Positions 45,004-53,506 of a stretch of DNA of 64,000 nucleotides are shown one piece after another. Below the pieces are notes generated by a model, which ran no database searches, was not told the origin of the DNA, and worked only from the letters and a program-made list of their open reading frames with translations. The DNA lies in the NCBI GenBank assembly GCA_038321985.1, contig JBBQFN010000027.1, positions 9,325-73,324 on the forward strand. Direction: 5' to 3'. The position numbers and the translations under genes are program-made. Every line of letters starts with the position of its first letter. The first letter of the stretch is position 1. Source of the DNA: Cyanophyceae cyanobacterium (GTDB lineage Bacteria > Cyanobacteriota > Cyanobacteriia > Cyanobacteriales > Laspinemataceae).

Positions 45004-45773
45004 GCCTCGCGGGAAAAGTGAGAAATATAAAAGATGTAGGTCTAGCTGCCCATTGCCTCATCAGTCAAGGTTTTAGGCTTCGGTACTACACAGAAGCTGT
45101 TTAACCCGCCTCATCAAATTAAGCTGGGGCTCGGCTAAAATTTCTCGAACTCCCCGAACTTTTTTCCCTCACTTTTCGTCTATGCTATTTTTACCTATAA
45201 TAATAAGAGCTATAAACTCACAGTTGGTCAGAAAAAAAATAATTCAAACTGTTATTGACATCTATTCTAACTGTGTGTTATAAAAAATATAGCTAATAAA
45301 ACCTTCTCAATTGAGAGAACTCAAAACAAAGCAAGCCAATAGACTAAAAAAATTCAAATTGGTTAACTAGGATTAGTCGGGTCAGTTCCTAATTGAAATA
45401 CTTTCGTGAACTCCCCATAGGGGAATAGAGACCTCCGCGATCGCCAGGGCTAAAAAATTGGAAGATAGCCTCTGAACTTTTCCCCATTAGGCGCTCAGAT
45501 TAGATCCCAAATCCAAACTCTCATCCAAGTCTTAAGGGCCGCGACTACTAGGGAGAATCAACTGTTTCTCTAGGGTCCCGCCACATCGGTTAAGTGTTAG
45601 AGCAATCTACCAACCCGTAGCCCAATACCGACTGGATAGAGGTGATTCGAGTAAAGGATTGCAGCCGCTTATGGGACGATCAGTTCCTCGTAGGCGATCG
45701 AATCCTTTGTGACTTGCACTCTTTAGACTTCAATATTTTCACAACCCACTCATTTTCCCCAAGGACTCAAACA

Positions 45774-46151
45774 ATGTTTAACCACTCAATTCGTAAAATG
45801 TTAGCCGTGGCTCTCGTCTCAGTTCCCGTCATTTGGTCCGGAGCAACCTACACTGCGCAAGCTCTAGATTCTGATGGCGGCTTTCAACTGTATAATGATA
45901 CGGATCGTGCACTTACGCACTTTAAAATTTCCCCAAGTACAACAAGTGACTGGGGACCGGATATTTTGGGAGAGGGAGTGATAATTGAGCCAGGAGAAAG
46001 TTCATACATCTTCTTTGAAGAGGGCTTAGAGGAATGTAATTATGATTTGAAGGCAACCCTGGGTCCAGGGGAAGACGTGGGATCGGGGGATCTGTACCAA
46101 ACGAATGTCAACCTGTGTGACATAACTGAATATCGGTATGGCTACAATTAG
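45774..46151 (+). CDS. Small secreted protein
   Basis: Likely ATG 45774, signal peptide ending AQA, WGPDILG, two Cys. Confidence 0.8.
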   Translation: MFNHSIRKMLAVALVSVPVIWSGATYTAQALDSDGGFQLYNDTDRALTHFKISPSTTSDWGPDILGEGVIIEPGESSYIFFEEGLEECNYDLKATLGPGEDVGSGDLYQTNVNLCDITEYRYGYN

Positions 46152-46405
46152 CCGAGCGGGTGAATTCATGTTAAAAAACACGAAAACATCACCTCTTCTC
46201 TGATACGACCTCCCGTTATTATAGGGCTGTAAAAAACCGAAACCTCAAGCGATTTTTATAGCCCTATCAATACCGGATTAGGCATGAAACAATTCAGTAA
46301 GGCATCGTGTAAAAATAAATTGTGCAAATTTTATCGGGAATCCTCTTTGAATAATTTTCCCAGCTAAAAATTGGTCAAGTTATTCTTACATAACTCCTAA
46401 ATCCT

Positions 46406-46672
46406 CTAGGAGGCGCGATTTACCTTAATCTTTTTATCCGGGTTTTGCTTCGATACCCAAGCTATAAACCTCTTCATTTGGGGGTCTTCCTGAAGTTTTT
46501 CCACCGTATTCAGTTCCTGCGCCAGTCGAGTATTATCAAAGAGTGCATGAATCTGACGATGACAAGCTGAACAAATATCAACCCTTGGCCCTTTTGCCCC
46601 ATTTTTTTGTTTCGGAATCAGGTGATGAACCGTAAGGTTCTCCATCTTGCGTTGGCAGAGTCCACACTGCAT
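46406..46672 (-). CDS. Small HNH-like endonuclease
   Basis: CGLC...HHLIPK...CSACHRQIH. Confidence 0.88.
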   Translation of the reverse strand: MQCGLCQRKMENLTVHHLIPKQKNGAKGPRVDICSACHRQIHALFDNTRLAQELNTVEKLQEDPQMKRFIAWVSKQNPDKKIKVNRAS

Positions 46673-46838
46673 AGTATAAACCTAGAATGGGTATAAATCC
46701 GCAGGATGCGCCGTAGCTTACCCTACTCCTTTATCCATTTTGACGCACTGCCAACGGAGTGTCCACAATCTCTATGATTGGATTAAACCTTCGTTCCCAG
46801 TTCCTCCACATCTTGTCAAGGGGTGGAAACAAAATTTT

Positions 46839-47819
<981 letters not shown>

Positions 47820-47844
47820 TATTAATTTTTACCTATTCAAATTA

Positions 47845-47917
47845 AGGGTGGTAGAGGAATTGAACCTCTCTGGACCCGATTAAAAGTCGGGTGCATCAAC
47901 CGATCTGCCAACCACCC
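47845..47917 (-). tRNA. trnK: tRNA-Lys(UUU)
   Basis: GGGTGGT/ACCACCC acceptor; CCCGA-CTTTTAA-TCGGG; T-loop TTCAATT. Confidence 0.88.
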
Positions 47918-47934
47918 ATTTTATACCAGATTAT

Positions 47935-48020
47935 CGGAAGCTGGAGGAGTCGAACCCCTACGGATTCACACCGTACCCCAGTTTTCAAGACTGGTTGCCA
48001 TCCCATCGGCAGCAGCTTCC
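47935..48020 (-). tRNA. trnS: tRNA-Ser(UGA)
   Basis: CCAGT-CTTGAAA-ACTGG; long variable arm; G73. Confidence 0.9.
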
Positions 48021-48128
48021 ATACCTCAGGAATATCAACCCTAAACCAGTTAGCCCATCGAAGGCGACTGCCAACCTGCATCACACTTAAACTATTTCAT
48101 CCTAACGTTACCTCTGGCTTCAATGAAA

Positions 48129-48200
48129 CTCCTCGACTTGGACTCGAACCAAGAACCCTCCGGTTAACAGCCGGATGCTCTACCCTTAAGCTACCGAGGA
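48129..48200 (-). tRNA. trnN: tRNA-Asn(GUU)
   Basis: TCCGG-CTGTTAA-CCGGA; U1-A72, G73. Confidence 0.95.
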
Positions 48201-48256
48201 ATAAATAGTCCCTTCCCTTAAAGTTCTGCGCGAAGCATCTCACAGGCAAAAGAAAG

Positions 48257-48328
48257 CCCCTCTGGATGGAGTCGAACCACCGATACCGACGTTCGTCGCG
48301 TCAGTTCCAGATCCGCTGGCACAGGGAA
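48257..48328 (-). tRNA. trnR: Atypical or degenerate tRNA-Arg(ACG)
   Basis: Loop CGACGAA (G33), 5-nt D-loop, one acceptor mismatch; good T-arm GGTGG-TTCGACT-CCATC. Confidence 0.65.
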
Positions 48329-48329
48329 A

Positions 48330-48401
48330 TCCACCAGAGAGGTACTGCCCCTCCTATCGCCGCGTTATCAGCACGGTGCCTCACTTTTCGGCCTCTGGTG
48401 G
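48330..48401 (-). tRNA. trnI: Non-canonical tRNA-Ile(GAU)
   Basis: Perfect CCACCAG/CTGGTGG acceptor; CCGTG-CTGATAA-CGCGG; T-loop GGCAGTA; A8. Confidence 0.78.
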
Positions 48402-48402
48402 G

Positions 48403-48488
48403 TGGTGGAAGATGGAGGAATCGAACCCCTACAGTGACCTATACTCTGGCTTTCGAGACCAGTTGCCGTCCATTCAGCAGCATCTTCC
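48403..48488 (-). tRNA. trnS: tRNA-Ser(CGA), CCA encoded
   Basis: CTGGT-CTCGAAA-GCCAG; long variable arm. Confidence 0.88.
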
Positions 48489-48576
48489 GTAAATTAGGTC
48501 ACGATTGAGTGCGATCGCCGAACGTTAAACCGTTTGAATTTCACAAAATAATCCCTCCTCTTTGACTGAATAAAAA

Positions 48577-48650
48577 CGAGAGTGGTAGGACTCGAACCTA
48601 CACAAACCAATTTAGAAAATTGGGACTCTTTCCAATTAAGTTACACTCTC
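48577..48650 (-). tRNA. trnR: tRNA-Arg(UCU)
   Basis: CCAAT-TTTCTAA-ATTGG; GAGAGTG/CACTCTC acceptor. Confidence 0.92.
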
Positions 48651-48656
48651 TTTTGT

Positions 48657-48731
48657 TGGTAGTTTTAGTCAGAGTTGAACTGACAAGATCTGGCTTGTAA
48701 GGCAAGCGTTCTACTGTTGAGCTATAGGACT
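48657..48731 (-). tRNA. trnV: Degenerate tRNA-Val(UAC), CCA encoded
   Basis: Loop CTTACAA; two C-A mismatches in the acceptor and one mismatch in the anticodon stem. Confidence 0.7.
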
Positions 48732-48736
48732 ACAAA

Positions 48737-48808
48737 AGCGGATGATAAGATTTCAAACTATGCACTGAAACTGGCCTCCCTCAAATGCTTCTTACCCTTA
48801 CATCATGC
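48737..48808 (-). pseudogene. tRNA remnant, probably Gly
   Basis: 3' end CATCCGC-T and 5' GCATGATGTA resemble a Gly acceptor; tRNA-sized; arms not recoverable. Confidence 0.4.
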
Positions 48809-48816
48809 CCTGTGTA

Positions 48817-48889
48817 AGCTGGTGACAGGACTTGAACCTGCAACCCATCGCTTACAAAGCGATCGCTCTACCAATTGAGCCACACCAGC
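48817..48889 (-). tRNA. trnT: tRNA-Thr(UGU)
   Basis: ATCGC-TTTGTAA-GCGAT; perfect acceptor. Confidence 0.95.
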
Positions 48890-48898
48890 ATTAAGAAT

Positions 48899-48976
48899 TG
48901 GTGGCAGGGGCAAGATTTGAACTTGCTGATGTTCAGTTTATGAGACTGACGAGCCAACCATTGCTCCATCCCTGCA
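48899..48976 (-). tRNA. trnM: tRNA-Met(CAU) with unpaired 1-72, CCA encoded
   Basis: TCAGT-CTCATAA-ACTGA; U1/C72 mismatch. Confidence 0.85.
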
Positions 48977-48989
48977 TAAATCACCAAAA

Positions 48990-49063
48990 TACCCCTGACA
49001 GGACTCGAACCTGTAAAACACTCGGTCTGAGCGAGCGACGGTTTCCAATTACGTCACAGGGGC
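48990..49063 (-). tRNA. trnL: tRNA-Leu(CAG), short variable region
   Basis: GCTCG-CTCAGAC-CGAGT; 5-nt variable loop; A73. Confidence 0.85.
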
Positions 49064-49071
49064 AGAAAAAA

Positions 49072-49146
49072 TCGGGATGGTAGGATTTGAACCCACGACT
49101 CCTTGGCCCCAAACCAAGGCTTCTAAAACCGCTGAATTACATCCCG
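49072..49146 (-). tRNA. trnP: tRNA-Pro(UGG)
   Basis: CTTGG-TTTGGGG-CCAAG; C1-G72, A73. Confidence 0.93.
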
Positions 49147-49147
49147 T

Positions 49148-49228
49148 TGGTACTCCTGGTGGGACTCGAACCCACATTTAAAAAACAGATTTTAAGTCTG
49201 CCGCGTCTACCAATTCCGCCACAGGAGC
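49148..49228 (-). tRNA. trnL: tRNA-Leu(UAA), intronless, CCA encoded
   Basis: GCAGA-CTTAAAA-TCTGT; ~9-nt AT-only variable region. Confidence 0.9.
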
Positions 49229-49241
49229 GAGAGAACAAAGG

Positions 49242-49315
49242 TACTCCCGGTGAGACTCGAACTCACAATAAATCGCTTTTGAGGCGATCGCGTTTTCCAA
49301 TTACGCCACAGGAGC
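49242..49315 (-). tRNA. trnL: tRNA-Leu(CAA), short variable region
   Basis: ATCGC-CTCAAAA-GCGAT; 5-nt variable loop. Confidence 0.88.
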
Positions 49316-49321
49316 AAAAAT

Positions 49322-49397
49322 TGGATGCCCCGCCAGGGTTCGAACCTGGACTCTTCTGGGTCAAATCCAGAAATGTTCCCAATTACACCACAGGGCA
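49322..49397 (-). tRNA. trnQ: tRNA-Gln(UUG), CCA encoded
   Basis: TCTGG-ATTTGAC-CCAGA; U1-A72. Confidence 0.9.
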
Positions 49398-49405
49398 TTG
49401 TGATA

Positions 49406-49481
49406 TGGATGCCTGGGTTGGGGTCGAACCAACCTCTCTGTGATTCAGAGTCACAGCGACTTGCCAATCGTCCACCAGGCA
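49406..49481 (-). tRNA. trnQ: tRNA-Gln(CUG), CCA encoded
   Basis: TGTGA-CTCTGAA-TCACA; U1-A72. Confidence 0.92.
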
Positions 49482-49488
49482 ATACCAG

Positions 49489-49562
49489 TCCCCCAGGTCG
49501 GTTTCGATCCGACGACCTCCTATTTTTCAAACAGGCGCTACTACCAACTGAGCTACCGGGGG
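49489..49562 (-). tRNA. trnF: tRNA-Phe(GAA)
   Basis: CCTGT-TTGAAAA-ATAGG; T-loop ATCGAAA. Confidence 0.88.
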
Positions 49563-49566
49563 ACAA

Positions 49567-49656
49567 AGGAGAGAGAGGGATTTGAACCCTCGTCGGATCT
49601 GTTCAATCCGATCGGTCTTTCCAAGACCGCGCCATCAGCCTCTCGGCCATCTCTCC
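49567..49656 (-). tRNA. trnS: tRNA-Ser(GGA)
   Basis: CGGTC-TTGGAAA-GACCG; long variable arm. Confidence 0.93.
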
Positions 49657-49692
49657 AGGTTGGGTGAAATTCACCCAGTTTATACAAAAAGG

Positions 49693-49779
49693 CGGAGAGG
49701 GAGGGAGTCGAACCCTCGACGGGTGTTAAACCGCTCTTTCTTAGCAGGAAAGCGCCTTAAGCCACTCGGCCACCTCTCC
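49693..49779 (-). tRNA. trnS: tRNA-Ser(GCU)
   Basis: CTTTC-CTGCTAA-GAAAG; long variable arm; G73. Confidence 0.95.
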
Positions 49780-49783
49780 AGAA

Positions 49784-49870
49784 TGGGCTGGGAGGGACTT
49801 GAACCCCCATGTTCAGCACAATAGCACTTGATTTACAGTCAAGCTCCTTCACCAATTTGGATACCAGCCC
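49784..49870 (-). tRNA. trnY: tRNA-Tyr(GUA)
   Basis: CTTGA-CTGTAAA-TCAAG; long variable arm. Confidence 0.93.
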
Positions 49871-49878
49871 CTAAAATG

Positions 49879-49955
49879 TGGCAGTGCCGACGGGATTTGA
49901 ACCCGCAGACGCCGACTTGAAAGATCGGTGGCTTTACCAATTTGCCTACGGCACC
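49879..49955 (-). tRNA. trnE: tRNA-Glu(UUC), CCA encoded
   Basis: CCGAT-CTTTCAA-GTCGG. Confidence 0.93.
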
Positions 49956-49960
49956 ACAGT

Positions 49961-50035
49961 TGGCGCAGGGACTGAGATTTGAACTCAGATCAACGGTTTT
50001 GGAGACCGTCATGTTAGCCATTACACTATCCCCAC
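49961..50035 (-). tRNA. trnW: tRNA-Trp(CCA), CCA end encoded
   Basis: ACGGT-CTCCAAA-ACCGT; G73. Confidence 0.93.
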
Positions 50036-50038
50036 GTT

Positions 50039-50113
50039 TGGTCGCAGTGGCGGGATTTGAACCTGCATAAACCCAGTTATGATCTGGGGACTTTACCGTT
50101 AAGTTACACTGCG
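50039..50113 (-). tRNA. tRNA with CAU anticodon (elongator Met or Ile2), CCA encoded
   Basis: CCCAG-ATCATAA-CTGGG; perfect CGCAGTG/CACTGCG acceptor. Confidence 0.85.
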
Positions 50114-50262
50114 AAATAGCACCAATTTTGTAAGGTGCGATATTCTTTTGCTGCATTATAGAGCGGTTTAAATCCCCCTATAAAATGGCTGATTTAGTTC
50201 ATATTTACACTCTTAAATAAGCATTTTGCTCCTTTTTTTAACTCCAGGTAATCACTACTGAA

Positions 50263-50337
50263 CGGGGATGACGGGACTTGAACCCGCGACTTCTTGTTCG
50301 ACAGACAAGCGCTCTCAACCCACTGAGCTACACCCCC
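50263..50337 (-). tRNA. trnD: tRNA-Asp(GUC), first gene of the array
   Basis: CTTGT-CTGTCGA-ACAAG; G73. Confidence 0.95.
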
Positions 50338-50396
50338 ATAAAATCAGCAGTAGATTACGCGAAATTTTGGAAACAATTTATGAAATGAGCTTTTTC

Positions 50397-50448
50397 TATT
50401 CAGTTTTCTAGGTTCGATGTGGGCGGTTGGCAGGAGCATTTTGCTCTG
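50397..50448 (-). promoter_or_regulatory. rrn-like boxB/boxA antitermination-type leader of the tRNA array
   Basis: Hairpin GAGCA-AAA-TGCTC followed by GAACCTAGAAAACTGAATA, close to the cyanobacterial rrn boxA GAACCTTGAAAA. Confidence 0.55.
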
Positions 50449-50469
50449 TCCTTCTCGCTTCATATTTAC

Positions 50470-50498
50470 ATACTACAAAAATACTACAAGATTGTCAA
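50470..50498 (-). promoter_or_regulatory. tRNA-array promoter overlapped by a TrcR-type direct-repeat operator
   Basis: TTGACA, 17 nt, TAGTAT on the minus strand; ATACTACA at 50470-50477 and 50481-50488. Confidence 0.85.
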
Positions 50499-50752
50499 GG
50501 GGTTTGGGAGAAATTTTTTGAAGTTTTTTTAAAATCGTGAAAATCCCTAGTTTATAAAGGTTTGAGGGGATGACTAGCCGGAGAGAATCCCCCAAAGAGG
50601 GCATACTACAATTATGGGATACGGCTGTAGGGACTGGATCCTAATTGGGTAGATAGAATGGCGATCGCCGAGGGCCCCGATGCGCTTACCGGCTTCGGGC
50701 ATTGGATCGAAAGTCGAGTACAATCAAAAGAGTATCCTTAAGGAATAACTGA

Positions 50753-51412
50753 ATGTTGAAGCTATACTACAATCGAATTTCTTTCAACTCTCGCCGGGTC
50801 TGGATCTCTTTATTAGAAAAAGGGCTGTCCTTTGAACTGGTGCCGATGAAATTAGAGGGGGATCAGTTCCAATCTCAGTTTCTCTCGCTCAACCCGTTTC
50901 ACCAAATCCCCGTCTTAGAAGATGAAGAATTTGTGGCAGTGGAGTCTTTGGCAATTTTGGACTATTTAGAGGCAAAATATCCCACGCCTTCTTTACTGCC
51001 CTCAAATCCTCATACCTTAGGAACCGTGCGAATGGTAGAAATTTTAACCTTAACTCAAATGATGCCACCGATGAGGCCACTGATGATGGATATGATGGGG
51101 TTTGGGAAAGAACCGCCTGAAAAATTAGAGGAATCCAAACAAAAAATTGCTCAGGTATTACATTTTTTTGAAAGTAAATTAGCCGATCGCCCGTATTTTG
51201 GGGACCAACAGCTTACCCTCGCCGATATTGTGGCGGGAACTGCCGTTCCCTTTTTGCCGAGTATGGGGGTATCCCTGGATGATTACCCCTCGTTGAAGGC
51301 TTGGTGCGATCGCTTGATGCTCCGAGAAAGTTGGCAACAAACCCAGCCCACAGAGGCCGAAATTACTGCCTTTAAAGAGCGAATGAAACTCCTGCTGTCC
51401 CCGGGTCAGTAA
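50753..51412 (+). CDS. Glutathione S-transferase family protein
   Basis: LNPFHQIPVL, ESLAILDYL, LTLADI. Confidence 0.95.
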   Translation: MLKLYYNRISFNSRRVWISLLEKGLSFELVPMKLEGDQFQSQFLSLNPFHQIPVLEDEEFVAVESLAILDYLEAKYPTPSLLPSNPHTLGTVRMVEILTLTQMMPPMRPLMMDMMGFGKEPPEKLEESKQKIAQVLHFFESKLADRPYFGDQQLTLADIVAGTAVPFLPSMGVSLDDYPSLKAWCDRLMLRESWQQTQPTEAEITAFKERMKLLLSPGQ

Positions 51413-51549
51413 ATAAGCGACACTCAGATAGAAATCCGGGTTTTATTTGACTGAGGCGGTACTAGAGTGCCCTGAAAACTCAGGCTAATTTTTCCCCAAA
51501 TTGCTATAATCCGATAGAACTCAAGCAACAAGAGGACTCATTGATATTT

Positions 51550-52242
51550 ATGAGCATTTCTTTAATTAATGTTGCCCGCTACTATAAACAACTGCCTCAC
51601 CAAAAACAAGCCTTGACCCTCCTCCAACAAAAAATAGAAGCGTCCCATCCCGACTGGTTAAAGGATGATTCTGAATTTGTACAAACCTGGCGGAAGCCAA
51701 AAGACCCGACTGAGATCCCAAAAATTGAGATCATCTCTGATGGAAAACAACTCAGAGGTGTATGGCGGGGAAAAACTTACCTCATTAAGGCTGACGAATT
51801 GAAGGTGAGGGTTCTGGATGCCTATGACTCGGAAACGGGAAGTCAAGTTGCTCGCGAAATGAAGGGCAGTTTATTGGTTGATTGCACCGTGAATCCTTAC
51901 AGCGGCCATATTGTTGTCGCAGTGGTGTTGGATTATTTTGCAGCCGTAACGACGAGTGGAATTTTCATTATTGAACCGCAAGCGGAAGGATATGCAATCT
52001 ATCCGACCCAAGTTCCTGGCGCTAAACCCTTTCCGGATCAGTTGTCTACTTATGGTTTACGGGACATTAGTTCCCTGAATTTTATGGGAGACAACTTGAT
52101 CGTGAAACATGGGGATGCTGCGGGGAATATCTCAATCATTATGTTCCAACCGGGAAATACTCCGACAATGGACTATGTGAATTGTATGGATATCTTGATC
52201 CAAGAAGGTTTAGAAGGAGCCTGTTCGCGAATTGGTCGATAG
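51550..52242 (+). CDS. Hypothetical protein
   Basis: 230-aa ORF; N-terminal YYKQLPHQKQAL...FVQTWR module. Confidence 0.75.
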   Translation: MSISLINVARYYKQLPHQKQALTLLQQKIEASHPDWLKDDSEFVQTWRKPKDPTEIPKIEIISDGKQLRGVWRGKTYLIKADELKVRVLDAYDSETGSQVAREMKGSLLVDCTVNPYSGHIVVAVVLDYFAAVTTSGIFIIEPQAEGYAIYPTQVPGAKPFPDQLSTYGLRDISSLNFMGDNLIVKHGDAAGNISIIMFQPGNTPTMDYVNCMDILIQEGLEGACSRIGR

Positions 52243-52296
52243 GAAGGAGTGGGAACGCCTAACTACATTCTAGGAGAAATATAGGCCAACTTAGGA

Positions 52297-52330
52297 TGAA
52301 CCCAGCGCCTTAAAATTGCCCTGGGTTCAT
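52297..52330. terminator. Hairpin between convergent genes
   Basis: ATGAACCCAG...CTGGGTTCAT. Confidence 0.55.
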
Positions 52331-52335
52331 TGATT

Positions 52336-52731
52336 TTAATCGACTTCTTTGAGTAGAGAAACTCCAGCATTCGCTTCCTGGGAACACTTGAGGATATAAA
52401 ACTCAGCGCGATCGCCCAAGGTAGTCACAAATACCCCAAAATCGCTCTCAGAATCCGTAGAAATCCAAGTACCGCGTAGGCTGACTTCAACATACTCGCT
52501 ATCGGCAATGCATACCGAAATGATTCCGGCTCGATCGCTTAACGCCTCAGCTTCCAGAAATTTCAGCCCTGGCAAATCCGCAGGCAGCAAAAATGACGCG
52601 CTAGAAGGTGCGATCGCGATGCTTTGACCCACTCGCATCGCCACGACGGCCCGGGTCGCCACTAATTCTTCAATGGAGTAAGGCAGACGCTCTAGGTTAA
52701 AGCCGGTTTCAGTATAAATGAACTTCAGCAT
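52336..52731 (-). CDS. Alr0857-family protein
   Basis: MLKFIYTETGFNLERL, SASFLLPADL, YVEVSLRGTW; position after HNH and trcR as recalled for Nostoc PCC 7120. Confidence 0.75.
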   Translation of the reverse strand: MLKFIYTETGFNLERLPYSIEELVATRAVVAMRVGQSIAIAPSSASFLLPADLPGLKFLEAEALSDRAGIISVCIADSEYVEVSLRGTWISTDSESDFGVFVTTLGDRAEFYILKCSQEANAGVSLLKEVD

Positions 52732-52886
52732 TGCCAGTGGTCTCTCGTCTTTTGTGAGTTATTTGTTGCTTCGCCGTGGAGTGAAAGTTCGCGTCCCCCG
52801 AACTACTGCGATCCTGAAAAAAAGACATATAAATGCTTAGAAATTGTGCAAAAAATTTACATCAAATCTTAGGTTTCTCTCACTCG

Positions 52887-53435
52887 TTACCCTTTCAAAT
52901 CGTTCCAGAACTGTTCTGCAAACGAGATGGCCGGGTGGATGGGGGCTTTGAGTTTAATTTTGAGTGACATTCCTGCCTCAACCGGAGTGCGATCGCCCTT
53001 GCGGGAATTGCAACTCATACAGGCAGTTACGATATTATCCCAACTATGACTCCCTCCTCTGGATTTAGGCAGGACGTGATCCAGGGTTAAATGTTTTGTG
53101 TTACCGCAGTATTGACAGGCGTAGTGGTCCCGTTTGAGGACTTCCCGACGGTTGACGGGAGGCACCTTCCAGATCCGTTCAGTCCCCGTTATGGTTAAGC
53201 GGATATGTGGCGGAACCATCACCACCTGAGACGGCGATCGCACCTCATACATCCGAAAATTCTCCATTTCAGAGTCGGTACTATGGCTGCCATCGTTTAA
53301 CTCCAAGGGTTCTGCCTTGCCTGCAATTAACAGGACAATTGCTCGCTTAATGTTGACTCGGCTAATCGGCAAGTAGTTTTTAGAAAAAACGACAACCGAT
53401 TTTGATAACACATCAGTTCCGCTTACGCTGTTCAC
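52887..53435 (-). CDS. HNH endonuclease (McrA/HNH_5-like; Alr0856-like)
   Basis: RREVLKRD..CQYCG...LTLDHVLPKSRGG...WDNIVTACMSCNSRK; SD AAGGAG before GTG. Confidence 0.93.
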   Translation of the reverse strand: MNSVSGTDVLSKSVVVFSKNYLPISRVNIKRAIVLLIAGKAEPLELNDGSHSTDSEMENFRMYEVRSPSQVVMVPPHIRLTITGTERIWKVPPVNRREVLKRDHYACQYCGNTKHLTLDHVLPKSRGGSHSWDNIVTACMSCNSRKGDRTPVEAGMSLKIKLKAPIHPAISFAEQFWNDLKG

Positions 53436-53448
53436 GACTCGACTCCTT

Positions 53449-53491
53449 AAAAAACAGCCCCCACTTCCGTTGGGATGGGAAGCGGGGGCTG
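53449..53491 (-). terminator. Intrinsic terminator inside the leader of the HNH gene
   Basis: 14-bp stem CAGCCCCCGCTTCC/GGAAGTGGGGGCTG, 9-nt loop, TTTTTT. Confidence 0.88.
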
Positions 53492-53506
53492 AAAAAACTC
53501 TGATGA

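Noticed and set aside
48021..48128. Hairpin GGTTGGC...GCTAACT in an array spacer as an ncRNA
   Set aside because: A single imperfect hairpin is insufficient evidence.
47891..50156. About ten short ORFs on both strands of the array
   Set aside because: They overlap well-formed tRNA cloverleaves and look like chance frames.
50114..50262. Possible additional tRNA in the Asp-CAU spacer
   Set aside because: No T-arm or anticodon arm could be built.
47845..50337. Periodic TCGAAC/TTGAAC motifs suggesting a CRISPR array
   Set aside because: They are tRNA T-loops; there are no identical repeats with unique spacers and no cas genes.
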